Both the position numbers and the translations under genes were made by a program. DNA of 33,102 nucleotides from Octopus bimaculoides. Lineage: Eukaryota. The stretch spans positions 10,166,427 to 10,199,528 of the forward strand of contig NC_068984.1 in NCBI RefSeq assembly GCF_001194135.2. The letters are read 5' to 3'. Positions within the stretch are counted from its first letter, which is position 1. Each line of letters opens with the position of its first letter. Positions 1 through 10,890 of this stretch are shown here, one piece after another. Below the pieces are notes generated by a model. The model was not told where the DNA came from, made no database searches, and worked only from the letters and a program-made list of their open reading frames with translations.

Positions 1-214
1 GAGCGTGGCCGTTTTCGTGCGGGTGACACGTAAAAGCACCCACTACACTCTCTGAGTGGTTGGCGTTAGGAAGGGCATCCAGCTGTAGAAACTCTGCCAA
101 ATCAGACTGGAGCCTGGTGTTGCCATCCGGTTTCACCAGTCCTCAGTCAAATCGTCCAACCCATGCTAGCATGGAAAGCGGACGTTAAACGATGATGATG
201 ATGATGATGATGAT
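1..214 (+). mobile_element. Family A SINE-like repeat, core + (GAT)n tail (5' part outside window)
   Basis: Core gtggttggcgttaggaagggcatccagc...ccaacccatgctagcatggaaagcggacgttaaac(gat)n recurs about 20 times in the window. The core resembles RTE-clade LINE 3' ends (recalled, unverified). Confidence 0.85.
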
Positions 215-733
215 GAGTCTTTGACTTGTTTCAGTCATTTGACTGTGGCCATGCTGGAGCATGGCAAAAGGAAAATGGAGGGGGATACAAAAATGACGTA
301 CATCAACTGGTAGACATTCTATTATGTCTATTTAATCCAAAACAAAAGGCAATATTACAAGAATAGATACACATGCAAGGACTCCTCTGACCCATACTAG
401 TTTCCATTGTATAAATTTGATGATTCAAATACTTATAAAAAGTTGGTGCAACAAATGGTTTTAAAAAATGTTTTATTTAAAATTTTCTTTTTTTTTTTTT
501 TAACATTTGACCCCTTTTGATAAAACTTATCTGTCAATTACAAAGTGGAAAAAGAGACCTATTTTGAGTCCTCTTATCTCAAACATATGGTGTGATACAC
601 ACAGTATCTGTCTGTAATAAGGTCTAATTTCTGTGTATTAGAACTTGATTCTCTGATTACCCGAGTTATTAGTGGTTATTAGTCCTGCACTTTAATAATT
701 AGCAGATTATCATATTTGCTTTGAAGTATTTGA

Positions 734-1122
734 CCCTTAAACATTCAGATTACTCGGTCAAATGTCATGCTTATTTATCCTCACTGTTTTGAATTAGCCA
801 TGCCTTATCTTGGAGCTTTGAGATTTCAATGGTGTGACTATTTATTTTTAGAATAACATTTGTAGGGTCAGTTCGAGAGAACAGATCAGGCTGGTTTAAC
901 CCTTTAGCATTGAGATTACTTAGTCAAATGTCATGCTTTTTTTATATTCACAATGCTTTGAATTGATTGTGCATTGTCTCATAGCTTTGAGAGTCCAGTG
1001 GTGTATTTGCTTATTTTTAGAATGACATTGTAGGGTAGGTGTGAGAGAATGGATCTGGCCAGTTTGAACATAAAACAGCTGGAATATTTGGGCTGGATAT
1101 GGCCAGTTTAAATGCTGAAGGG
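734..1122 (+). mobile_element. Two adjacent piggyBac-like MITE copies (734-~895 truncated; 900-1122 complete)
   Basis: Ends ccctttagcatt / aatgctgaaggg. TTAA at 896-899; tcaa after 1122. Internal sequence is repeated between the copies and at 20752-21333. Confidence 0.7.
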
Positions 1123-2045
1123 TCAAAGAAGAATATTATTTTAAAGTATATACTACCCCAAGACACATACCTGTCCCCTCTATACATTAAATCTTTCATG
1201 TGACACAAAGCTATTTCCTTTCACTACTACACCCCTCCCTCCTAGTCTTGTGAGGCATTTGGTGACCCTGTTGGTGATGCTGTCACATAAAATGCATTAA
1301 TAAAGAGCATTGGTGATGGTGCCACATAAAAAGTACCCTGTACACTCTGTAAAGTGGTTGGCATTAAGAAAGGCATTGGATTGTAGAAACCAAGTCAACA
1401 CAGACAATGGAACCTGGCACAGCTCCCGGCCTTGCCAGCACCCGCTTAACCATCCAACCCATGCCAGCATAGAAAACAGACATTAATTGATGATATTGAT
1501 ACGACATGATATGACAGTTAATGTTTTTTTTCATTCATGGTACAGAACCATTGCCAGGGTCGACTTCGCCTTTCATCCTTTTGGAGTTGATAAAATAAGT
1601 ACCAGTTGACTGCTGGGGATCAATGTAATCGACTAACGTCTCACCCCCCCCCCCCCAATTTCAGGCCTTGTGCCTATATTAGAAACTTATTATTAATAAG
1701 GTGGTGAGATTACATCATGGGTTGGCCAGAGGAATATGTCTCCAACTGGAATGATTAGAGCAGTAGAGTCCATTGGAGGTGGTTGCAGAACTATTTCCTA
1801 CCAAAGAAAGGGGTTTCTTGACTGAAATTTGTCATCAGAAATTTTAGAACCATTCTGAATGTAATCTTGTGTTATTCTTATGCAACATTTTAAGAATAAA
1901 CAGAAATGGTAAGGCATTGGATTAAATGTCTTGTACTTTTTGTTGCTTTCCTCACTCCTGCATTTTTATCTCAAGATCTGAGGTCAACATTTTCCTTCAT
2001 TCTTTTGAGGTCATTAAAATCAGCACCAGTCATAAACTGTATATA

Positions 2046-2280
2046 CAGGGTGGCCCAAAAGTAGGTTTCCAGTTACCATGTATGCACTTTAAATTGCTTT
2101 TAAAACATTTTATCACATTTAAATTTCTATGTTACAAACTGAAAAGGGAGCTTGACAAAATTAACTAAATTAGCATAGAATAATGGTTTCATATATCTTT
2201 ATAATTAAGATCTAAACTGTTAATATATGAATGCAAAAGAGACAGTTGAACAACTGTAAACCTACTTTTGGCCCACCCTG
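2046..2280. mobile_element. Tc1/mariner-type MITE
   Basis: ~29-bp TIRs cagggtggcccaaaagtaggtttccagtt / aactgtaaacctacttttggcccaccctg; TA on the left, TG on the right. Confidence 0.85.
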
Positions 2281-2377
2281 TGTGTGTCTATATTTTTATA
2301 TGTATGTGTGTATGTGACTGCGTGTGTATCATTGGTGATTTTCTTTCTCTGTCTTCCCTTCTTTGGACTTTTTCTAT

Positions 2378-2412
2378 ATTTCTGATGAAGAGCTCCGCTC
2401 GAAACGTGAAAT
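2378..2412 (+). ncRNA. Minimal type I hammerhead-ribozyme fold (Penelope-like pLTR fragment), cleavage triplet GUG
   Basis: AUUU-CUGAUGA-A-GAGC-UCC-GCUC-GAA-ACGU-G-AAAU: intact core, 4-bp stem II, palindromic ACGU stem III, 4-bp stem I. Folded by eye. Confidence 0.7.
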
Positions 2413-2511
2413 CCTCTTTCTTTTCTTTCCTTTCTTGAGTGTTCAATAACACTACTTATTCCATGTCCTCGTGTTGTTGGTTTTTCTTGCTTGTTCATGT
2501 TTGGATTGAGC

Positions 2512-2572
<61 letters not shown>

Positions 2573-2754
2573 CAATGGGGTCCAAAAGTAGGTTTACAGT
2601 TATCACGTAGGCACTTTAAATTGCTTTTAAAACATTTTATTACATTTAAATTTCTACCTTACAAGAATAATGGTTTCATAAGATCTAAACTGTTAATATA
2701 TGAATGCGAAAGAGATAGTTGAATATCTGTAAACCTACTTTTCGGACCACCTTG
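2573..2754. mobile_element. Tc1/mariner-type MITE, internally deleted relative of 2046-2280
   Basis: Same TIR family (…ccaaaagtaggtttacag / ctgtaaacctacttttcggaccaccttg, then TA); internal sequence shared with the 2046 copy minus ~50 bp. Confidence 0.8.
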
Positions 2755-3134
2755 TATATATTTTTTCTTTGTATGTGTGTGTATGTGTGTATATGTCTGT
2801 GTGTGTATATATATATGTATATGTGAGTGTGTGTGTATGTAAGTATGTGTGTGTGTGTGTGTATATAGGTATGTATGTGTATTTATATGTTGATGTATGT
2901 ATGTATGCAAATCCAATGGGGGTCTTAAAAGACATGTTAGGATCCACAATGAGCAGAACTTACTTGCAGGTATTGGTAGTGCAAATCAGAGGTGCAATCT
3001 GTGTGGGTGTTTTTTCAAAACACTGTCTGGTTTAAAAAGCCACATCAGACGCCATGAAAGGGCTAAGGTGTAGGTGCAGGAGGTGGTCAAACTCTGTTTA
3101 AGGAGTAGACAACCACAATATATATATATATATA

Positions 3135-3354
3135 CAGGGTGGTGCAAAAGTAGGTATACAGTTATGAAAAAGAAAGGTACAATACTCATTTTTTATCAAA
3201 AAAATTAAAAGTTATGATAAAGGTATTACTATGATTAATGACATTGAAAATATCAAAAATGAGGCTAACTAATTTAATATGCTAATAATTCTAACGAATT
3301 AAGTTTTATAACCTCAATATGATACTTACCGTATACCTACTTTTGTACTCCCTG
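3135..3354. mobile_element. Tc1/mariner-type MITE with same TIR family but unrelated interior
   Basis: TA|cagggtggtgcaaaagtaggtatacag ... gtatacctacttttgtactccctg|TA. Confidence 0.8.
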
Positions 3355-3360
3355 TATATT

Positions 3361-3460
<100 letters not shown>

Positions 3461-4375
3461 TACATGTGTGTATATGTGTGTATGTATATATTCCACCAGT
3501 TGTACATATCAGCACAACAAAGCTCTATTTCTCTATCATATGATGTATATATTCTCTTCGGTACTCTATCTTATATGTTACTGTCACACACATCGTTTTG
3601 TTTAGTCTTAAGAAATTCAGGCCTTTTTATCTTCACCATGAAACCAATGAAACTTAATTCTCATTAAAAAACAACCAAAGAGAGAGAGAGAGAGAGAAAG
3701 TCCGAAATGCTTAGATAAGCTTTAGTGAGAGTCGTTTGGTATCGTATTAGCTGTGTCCTAGTTATTTATCTGAGTGGTAGAAGAAAGAATTTTCCAATTC
3801 ATTTACTTTTGTTTGAAGCGGTCATTGTAGAATAAAGTAGATTAGCCTGGATTACCTCATTGAAACATCAATATTCTTCGTCAATATTCTTTGACATTTC
3901 TTCAAGTACTACAACAGACTGTTTAATATTCTCTGGAATTACTTGGCTCTGCTACTTTGACTTATCACCATTATCATCATCATCGTTGTCATCATTTAAT
4001 GTCCATTTTTCCTTGCTCACCTGGGTCACAAGGAATTTGTTGAGGAAAATTTTCTACAGCTGGATGCCCTTCCTGTCACTAATCCTCTTCCGCTTCCAAG
4101 TGAGGTAATATTTGTCCCACAGCCAGACATATTTTGCATGAAAGACTGGAGATGAACAGCATTGCTTGTATGATGATGATGATCATCATTTTACAATCAT
4201 CGCATGATGTCAAAGCAAGAATACACACATGAACACACACACATACAGACACACATACAGACACATACGCATCATATATATATATGTAGTTGGAATTTAC
4301 CAAAAAACAAGACGAAGACAGGTGTGTAAACAACAAACAGGTGTATTAGTTTAATGCTCGGGAAGGTGAGAAAGT

Positions 4376-4411
4376 CTTTTACGTTTCGAGCCTATGCTCT
4401 TTAACAGAAAG
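4376..4411 (-). ncRNA. Minimal hammerhead fold with degenerate core
   Basis: Minus strand CUUU-CUGUUAA-A-GAGC-AUAG-GCUC-GAA-ACGU-A-AAAG. All three stems are present; the core differs from CUGANGA at two positions. Confidence 0.6.
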
Positions 4412-4923
4412 GAACACGAGAAAATAAACAGAGAGAATAAAAAAAGCTTTAGTGGCTAGCAACAAGAGGCTTCTTTCAGTCTCCATCTCCCAAAACTACT
4501 CTCAAAACTTTGGTCAGTCCAGATCTCTAGTAGAAGACACCTGCCTTAGGTTCTCTGCAGTAGGATTGAACCCAAGATCACATGGTTGAGAAGCAATCTT
4601 CTTAACCAAATAACCATTCCTGTGACTTAAGATGTAAGACAGTTCATGCGACCCTTACCAGGAATTCTGAGACTGGTGAGAGGGAGGGAGGAAGCTATCT
4701 TCAAACTACAAACTTGATTTGACTACTAGCAACAGAGAGGACTTATTATGGCTGGATTCCAACCCAGGCCACCGCAACAAAATCTAATCTCCTCATTTCT
4801 CAGTCCATCATCACTCCCTCAATGTCTTGGATACATTCCAGGCAAGTATCTGCAATCAAATTCTTGATGTATGATAATGTTTTCGTTTTCTTACATCACC
4901 AGGAAGTGGATTCCAGTTTAGAT

Positions 4924-5259
4924 CAGGGGTTCTCAACCATTTTTGATCTATGGACCCCCATTTGATTGGTATTTTATTCTGGTGGACCCCTTATAGCCAT
5001 TTGATGATTAAAAATTAGTTTTATAGAGACTTCTTTCAAAATTCCTATTTTGCTTTTCACACAGTGTGTAGGTTGAACTATGTGAAATGTTAGAGAAAGA
5101 AACCTAGCTGTTTCTTGCAATAGAAAAATCTAAAGCAAATTTTTTTCAGGGCCCTTAAGATACTATTGTGGGTCCCCAATTTACTGTTTGGTTGCATGGA
5201 CCCCACAAAATCTTATATGGACCTTCAGGAGCCATATGGATCCCAGTTGAGAAACCCTG
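4924..5259. mobile_element. hAT (Charlie-like) MITE
   Basis: TIRs caggggttctcaac / gttgagaaaccctg; 8-bp TSD gtttagat / gttcagat (7/8 match); internal repeated ggacccc motifs. Confidence 0.85.
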
Positions 5260-5884
5260 GTTCAGATGATCATAACTGAGATGGTTTTGCTCTGTACCTA
5301 TTTACATCCAGGTAGACTGTGCTCACAATAATTAAGTACTTTAATTAGTGTTAACAACTCAATACTGGTGTTAAAGTACAAACTACTAACTCTATTAAAT
5401 TGACTCATTGTCAGTCTGTAAATAATAATTGCATGTGCTTATGCTGTCATGGATTTTCTAGGCATTGTTGGAAGCAGTAACTGTAGCCAGCGAAGCAGTT
5501 ATTTTTAGTGGAAAGCTGTCATTTCTGCTACTTAAATCAGTCAGCTGTGAAGTGGTTGTGGCATTTAACTTCAGATAGACAGGTTGTAACAATTGTGATA
5601 AGCTGTATACTGTGCAGGCATTTTGCGAACGATGAAGATGATGACAGCGATGGTGGCTGCTATTGTTTCCAATTTTGGCACAAGGCTAACAGTTTTGGGG
5701 TAGTAGTTCAGTTGATTAAGGCAATGCCACTGCTCAATTGGTACTTATTTTATTGATCCTGAAAGGATGAAAGGCTAAGTCAACCCCAGCAGAATTTGAA
5801 CTCAGAATATAAAGCTGGATGAAATGGACAAAGTACCACTAAGCGTTTTATTCAGCATGTTAATGATTTTGCCAGCTCGCTGCT

Positions 5885-5935
<51 letters not shown>

Positions 5936-6105
5936 GTATTAATTGAGAAACAAAGCAAATGATACTGGATCATAGATATAGCATGTCCAGCTGATCACGT
6001 AATGCCCCATCTGGGAATCAAACCCACGATCTCACAATCACAAGTGCAACACCTTAACCAAGCCATGCGCCTTCACAAATATATTTATATATATATATAT
6101 ATATT

Positions 6106-6339
6106 TGTTGTTGTACTTGGGGATGGTCATATTGCCAGTTTAGCCAATAAAAACACACGCACTGTATATTTGGTGTTAATTTGCTTCAGCTTTATATTAC
6201 ATTAATCTTAATCTTAATAAGATTAAGATTAATGTAAGATTAATGTAATATAAAGCTGAAGCAAATTAACACCAAATATACAGTGCGTGTGTTTTTATTG
6301 GCTAAACTGGCAATATGACCATCCCCAAATACAACAACA
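6106..6339. repeat. Near-perfect 234-bp palindrome
   Basis: Left arm 6106-6216 (111 bp), 1-nt spacer, right arm 6218-6339 = 111 bp + an 11-bp tandem duplication (gattaatgtaa); one substitution. Confidence 0.95.
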
Positions 6340-6404
6340 TCTGTTTCAACACACGATTTCACATCAAAAATCTTGCAAAACAAATATATGTATATATGTA
6401 TGTA

Positions 6405-6590
6405 TGTGCTGGTCGCATGTAAAAGCACCTGTTACATTCCTGCAGTGGTTGGCATTAGGAAGGGCATCCAGCCATAGAAACCATGTCAAATCAGAGACTT
6501 GAACCTGGTGCAGCCCTCTGGCTTATCAGCTCCAGTTGAACCGTCTAACCCATGCCAGCATGGAGTGTGGACGTTAAATGATGATGATAA
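6405..6590 (+). mobile_element. Family A repeat
   Basis: Same core and gttaaatgatgatgat tail. Confidence 0.8.
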
Positions 6591-6690
6591 TATATACTTC
6601 CCTTCATGCAGTTCAGTAATTATATTCATTTAATATTGTATTATATGAGAAGTTTACAATATTTTTGACTTCCTGGCACACAAGATATCA

Positions 6691-6774
6691 AGTCAAAAGT
6701 TATTGGTGCACTTCAAATGTACAGTCAAAAGTTATTGGTGCACTTCAAATGTACAGTTAAAAGTTACTGGAGCA
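6691..6774. repeat. 32-bp tandem repeat (two exact copies plus a partial third)
   Basis: agtcaaaagttattggtgcacttcaaatgtac at 6691-6722 and 6723-6754. Confidence 0.9.
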
Positions 6775-7037
6775 TCTCATTGAAACTTAATAACAGCAAT
6801 CTTATAGAAAAAAAAAAAAATGAAGACCATCATTGCTAACGTTATTAAAACTTATGTATAACATAATTATAAATAACAAACTTTTCAAAATGCTCATGAT
6901 AGCATGAGAATGTACAATTATTTAGTAGTACACTTGGTTAAACCAGTCGTTTGTACTTTTTAATTTCAGCCCTGTGCTGTCACTGATTAATGTATGTAAT
7001 TCTTGTTGGAACAGTTTACCTGGATGTAAGTAGGTAC

Positions 7038-7230
7038 ATCATCATCATCATCATTTAACGTCCATTGTCCATGCTGGCATGGGTTGGACAGTTTTACTGG
7101 GCTGGCACGATGGAAGGCTGCGCCAGGTTCCAGTCTGATTTGGCATGGTTTTCTACGGCTGGATGCCCTTCCTAATGCCAACCACTCCGAGAGTGTAATG
7201 GGTGTTTTTACGTGCCACTGGCATGACACC
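7038..7230 (-). mobile_element. Family A repeat
   Basis: (CAT)n followed by the reverse complement of the core. Confidence 0.8.
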
Positions 7231-8117
7231 AATATTTTCCATGACTGTGACCCCGCTCAAGCATGACATAATGCCAAAAGAAACAGGAGCATCTCCATAA
7301 TTTACAGAATTGGGAATTTTTTTTTTTATTATCAATTTCAAATATTAGGAACTTTGATCCATGTGTTTTTTGGGGGCCATACGTGATAAATGCTTAATGA
7401 TTGTATTTATATATTAACTAAATATATCTATCCACATTCTGGAAAATAACAAACATTGAAAGAATTTATGCTGTCTAATGTTTCCGTTCCAGAGCGTCTT
7501 ATTCCCTGTTGCATGTATCGTGATAACATTGTTGAAGAATAATTCCCTCACTCTGATAAATACAGCAGAATTCAAGAGAGATAACTCCTCCATTTCGTTA
7601 AAGTTATCTCCCCTGAATTAAATTTTAAATGAAATGGTTGTCATAGCTTTGAGATGTGTTATATTTTTTCAGTATATTTATACTTGTTTTTCTACCAGTA
7701 CGGGTTGTCATATTTTAACATTTCACTACCCATGGACCTATATTGTTGCACCAGGCTTTTTTTTCTTTTTTTTAAAAACTGTTCAACGGGTATATTGCCA
7801 GTGTTTTGTTTTCTCTAAATTTAGTGTTAGGTCCTTGTGCAACTCTAGCTTATCCTTGATGAAGCGGTTCTATGATATAAGGAATTCCAATCGTGACCAT
7901 CCGCCTGCTATTTTTCCTTCGAGCATTTGCCAATGTATCCTAAATTTTTTTAAAAAGTAGTAGAATGTGATTTGACATATTCGACTGCTATTTCTAACAG
8001 GTTGAGTTATCGTGACATCAAGGCTTCCTTATTGACATAAGCTAATGGATCATTTAAAATTTTTATAGTTTGAACCACTTCAGTTCTATATTTAAGAGAT
8101 CTGGAATTATGTCCTGA

Positions 8118-8349
8118 GCGTGACCGTTGCCAGTACCGCCTGACTGGCCTTGTAGGGTTTTCGAGCGAGATCGTTGCCAGTGCCCCTGGACTGGCTCTTG
8201 TACGGGTGGCACATAAAAGACACCATTTCGAGCGTGGCCGTTTTCGTGCGGGTGACACGTAAAAGCACCCACTACACTCTCTGAGTGGTTGGCGTTAGGA
8301 AGGGCATCCAGCTGTAGAAACTCTGCCAAATTAGATTGGAGCCTGGTGT
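8118..8349 (+). mobile_element. Family A repeat with 5' hairpin array, cut by gap
   Basis: 8230-8349 equals 1-120 except for two C/T differences. Confidence 0.85.
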
Positions 8350-8359
8350 NNNNNNNNNN

Positions 8360-8396
8360 GTTTCAGCTGATATACTCTCCAGCCTTCTTCAGGTGT
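8360..8396 (-). ncRNA. Hammerhead core and stem II (3' part lost in N gap)
   Basis: Minus strand ACAC-CUGAAGA-A-GGCUG-GAGAGUAUAU-CAGCU-GAAAC, then Ns. Same family as the copy at 24863. Confidence 0.65.
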
Positions 8397-8536
8397 CTTG
8401 GGGGAAATTTTGAACCTGGGTTCTCATTCCTAAGGTATTTTTCGATGTTATTATTATTATTCGGGCCACTGCCTGGAATCGAACTCAGAATCTTGGGGTT
8501 AGTAGCCCGCGATCTTAGCCACTATGCCATATGCCC
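8360..8536 (-). mobile_element. tRNA-headed SINE-like element fused to a hammerhead-bearing segment
   Basis: Minus strand: GGGC...GCCC 74-nt head (8536-8463) with A box TGGCATAGTGG (8529-8519) and B box GAGTTCGATTCC (8486-8475), then (AAT)n, then a body shared with 24825-24971. Confidence 0.7.
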
Positions 8537-8700
8537 ATAGTAGCCTGAATGTGCGTGCATGTGTAAAAAATAAGAAGACCAAAAGAAAAAACATTTTATC
8601 ACATCTTTAATTACCAATTACAATTGTTTCTGTACCAATTGTGCTTTTAGTGCCAGTTCACACAATAGATCCGAGTGAAAATTTGCATAATATTTGTAGG

Positions 8701-9106
8701 TGTAGGAGTGGCTGTGTGGTAAGTAGCTTGCTAACGAACCACATGGTTCCGAGTTCAGTCCCACTGCGTGGCACCTTGGGCAAGTTTCTTCTACTATAGC
8801 CTTGGGCCGACCAAAGCCATGTGAGTGGATTTGGTAGATGGAAACTGAAAGAAGCCCGTCGTATATATGTATATGTATGTTTGTGTATATGTTTGTGTGT
8901 CTGTGATTGTCCTCCTAGCATTGCTTGACAACTGATGCTGGTGTGTTTTCGTCCCCGTAACTTAGCGGTTCAGCAAGAGAGACCGATAGAATAAGTACTA
9001 GGCTTACAAACAATAAGTCCTGGGGTCGATTTGCTCGACTAAAGGCGGTGCTCCAGCATGGCCGCAGTCAAATGACTGAAACAGGTAAAAGAGTAAGAGT
9101 AAAGAG
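8701..9106 (+). mobile_element. tRNA-headed SINE with CORE-like segment (family C), near full length
   Basis: A-box-like tggctgtgtgg, B-box-like gagttcagtccc, ccttgggcaagt CORE-like motif, internal (TG/TA)n, tail aaaagagtaagagtaaagag. Relatives at 19280-19505, 27880-28060, 32475-32810 and 32830-32990. Confidence 0.8.
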
Positions 9107-9581
9107 TTAAACATCAGAGTGGTACTTTTTCAGACCTGCATCAAAGGTGCGCCTTCACATTGCATGTCTGCTAGGTTTTGTGTTTTGTTTATATTGGGAG
9201 GAAACAAAAAGTTTGCATGGCTGTTAAGTTTAGAAGTTCCCTTACAAAGCACACAATTTCAGGTTCAGTCCCACTGCACAGCACTGTGGGCAAGTACCTT
9301 CTACTAAAGCCCTGAGTTGACTGAAGCCTAGTGTGTGGTTTTGATTGATAGACATTTAAACGAGCCTGTTGTGTATATGCATATGTGTGTATATATGCAT
9401 ATGTGTGTATATATGCATGTGTCTGTGTGTTTGTTTACATTTGTGCTTTCTTGAGTAATGCAAGCTGTATGTGGTGTCGCTGTTATCGTATCTCCTGCCA
9501 ACAGATCATCCATTTGCTTTGCATCTTTGATGACATGTAAAAATGAAGAAATTCCTTGAAAAACAGTAACAAGCGCAAGAG

Positions 9582-10050
9582 TGGTTGGTTTGACTGAGGA
9601 CTGGGAAGCCAGGAGGCCTCACCAGGCTCCAATCTGATTTGGAAAGGTTTCTACAGCTGGATGCTCTTCCTAACACCAACCACTCCAAGAGTGTAGCGGG
9701 TGCTTTTTACATGCCACCGGCACGGGCCAATCAGGTGGACCACGCTCATATGGTGCTTTTTACGTACCACTGGTACAGGTGCCAGTCAGGTGGTACTGGC
9801 ATTGGCCACACTCGAATGGTGCTTTTTACGTGCCACTGGTACAGGTGCCAGTCAGGTGGTACTGGCATTGACCACACTTGAATGGTTCTTATGTACCACT
9901 GGCATTGGCCACACTCAAATGGTGCATTTTACATGCCACTGGCATAGGTGCCAGTCAGGTGGCACTGGCATTGGCCAAGACAACAATTTCACTTGACTCA
10001 CCAGGTTTCCTCAAGCACAGCATATTGCCCGATGATGACCCCCCCCCCCA
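9582..10050 (-). mobile_element. Family A repeat with 66-bp tandem units
   Basis: Core reverse complement, then units 9751-9816 and 9817-9882 differing at three positions. Confidence 0.8.
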
Positions 10051-10704
10051 TTTAATCCACCCACTTACACTTTGTCCTTTCGAGGTGATTGATTCTCTTT
10101 CAAAGATGTCAGCCACTTTTACCCAGTTACATTAATTAAGTACTTATCAAGCTGCCATTATAGATAATATTTTTTTCTATCTGGCTAAACTATATTAGTC
10201 CTACTTCAAAACTGACCCAGTAATTTTGAAATCACTGCAATGTGATCTTTGCTTTGTTATAGAGTCTGACTTTATTCCATCAATATTTTGGAAATAATGT
10301 TTCTTTTTCTCTTTGAAACCAGTGCTGTATGAGTTGCCAACAAAAATATCTGTTTATAAATTGTGCCCTTAAACATGTGTTGCTCTCTTGTTTAGTTGTA
10401 TCAATGTCACTAGTTAGAAATAGTGAAGATTTGGTTAATAAAAGTTATCTGTCAAGTGTTTTGCATCAGTTATATGTAATCGTTTGTTTATTTATATAAG
10501 AGCTCTCTGGTTACAGATAAATTGTTGAAGTATGAAATATATATTGTTTCTGTGCTGACTGGAAGCATGGACATAGCATTTAAATGGTTTTTCAAGTGTG
10601 TAGTTTATGATTTTATTATGTGTGTATGTGTGTGTATGTCTCTCTCACACATACACACACATGCTTATGTTTGTATGTGTATGTATATATGTGTGCTGGT
10701 ACCA

Positions 10705-10890
10705 CATACAAAATCCACGTGCTGGTGCCACGTAAAAAGCACCCAGTACACTCTGTAAATTGGCTGGCATTAGAAACCATGCTGAAAGAGATAATTGGGG
10801 TCTGTTGCAGTTCTCCAATTTGCCAGCGCCTATCAAACTGTCCAACCTATACCAGCATGGAAAACAGATGTTAAATGACGACGATGATGA
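10705..10890 (+). mobile_element. Family A repeat (diverged)
   Basis: Core motifs and gttaaatgacgacgatgatg tail. Confidence 0.7.

Noticed and set aside
8463-8536. Functional tRNA gene
   Set aside because: A and B boxes are present, but the acceptor, anticodon and T stems pair poorly; treated as a SINE head.
9700-9985. CRISPR-like look of the hairpin unit arrays (also 24652-24824 and 26150-26445)
   Set aside because: Eukaryotic intron-containing context and no cas genes. The variable parts are homologous to each other and recur in fixed order in dispersed copies, so this is a repeat-internal minisatellite.
9639-10135. ORFs with repeated peptides (WYRCQSGGTGIGH…)
   Set aside because: A consequence of the 66-bp repeat unit being a multiple of three; other copies have frame-breaking unit lengths.
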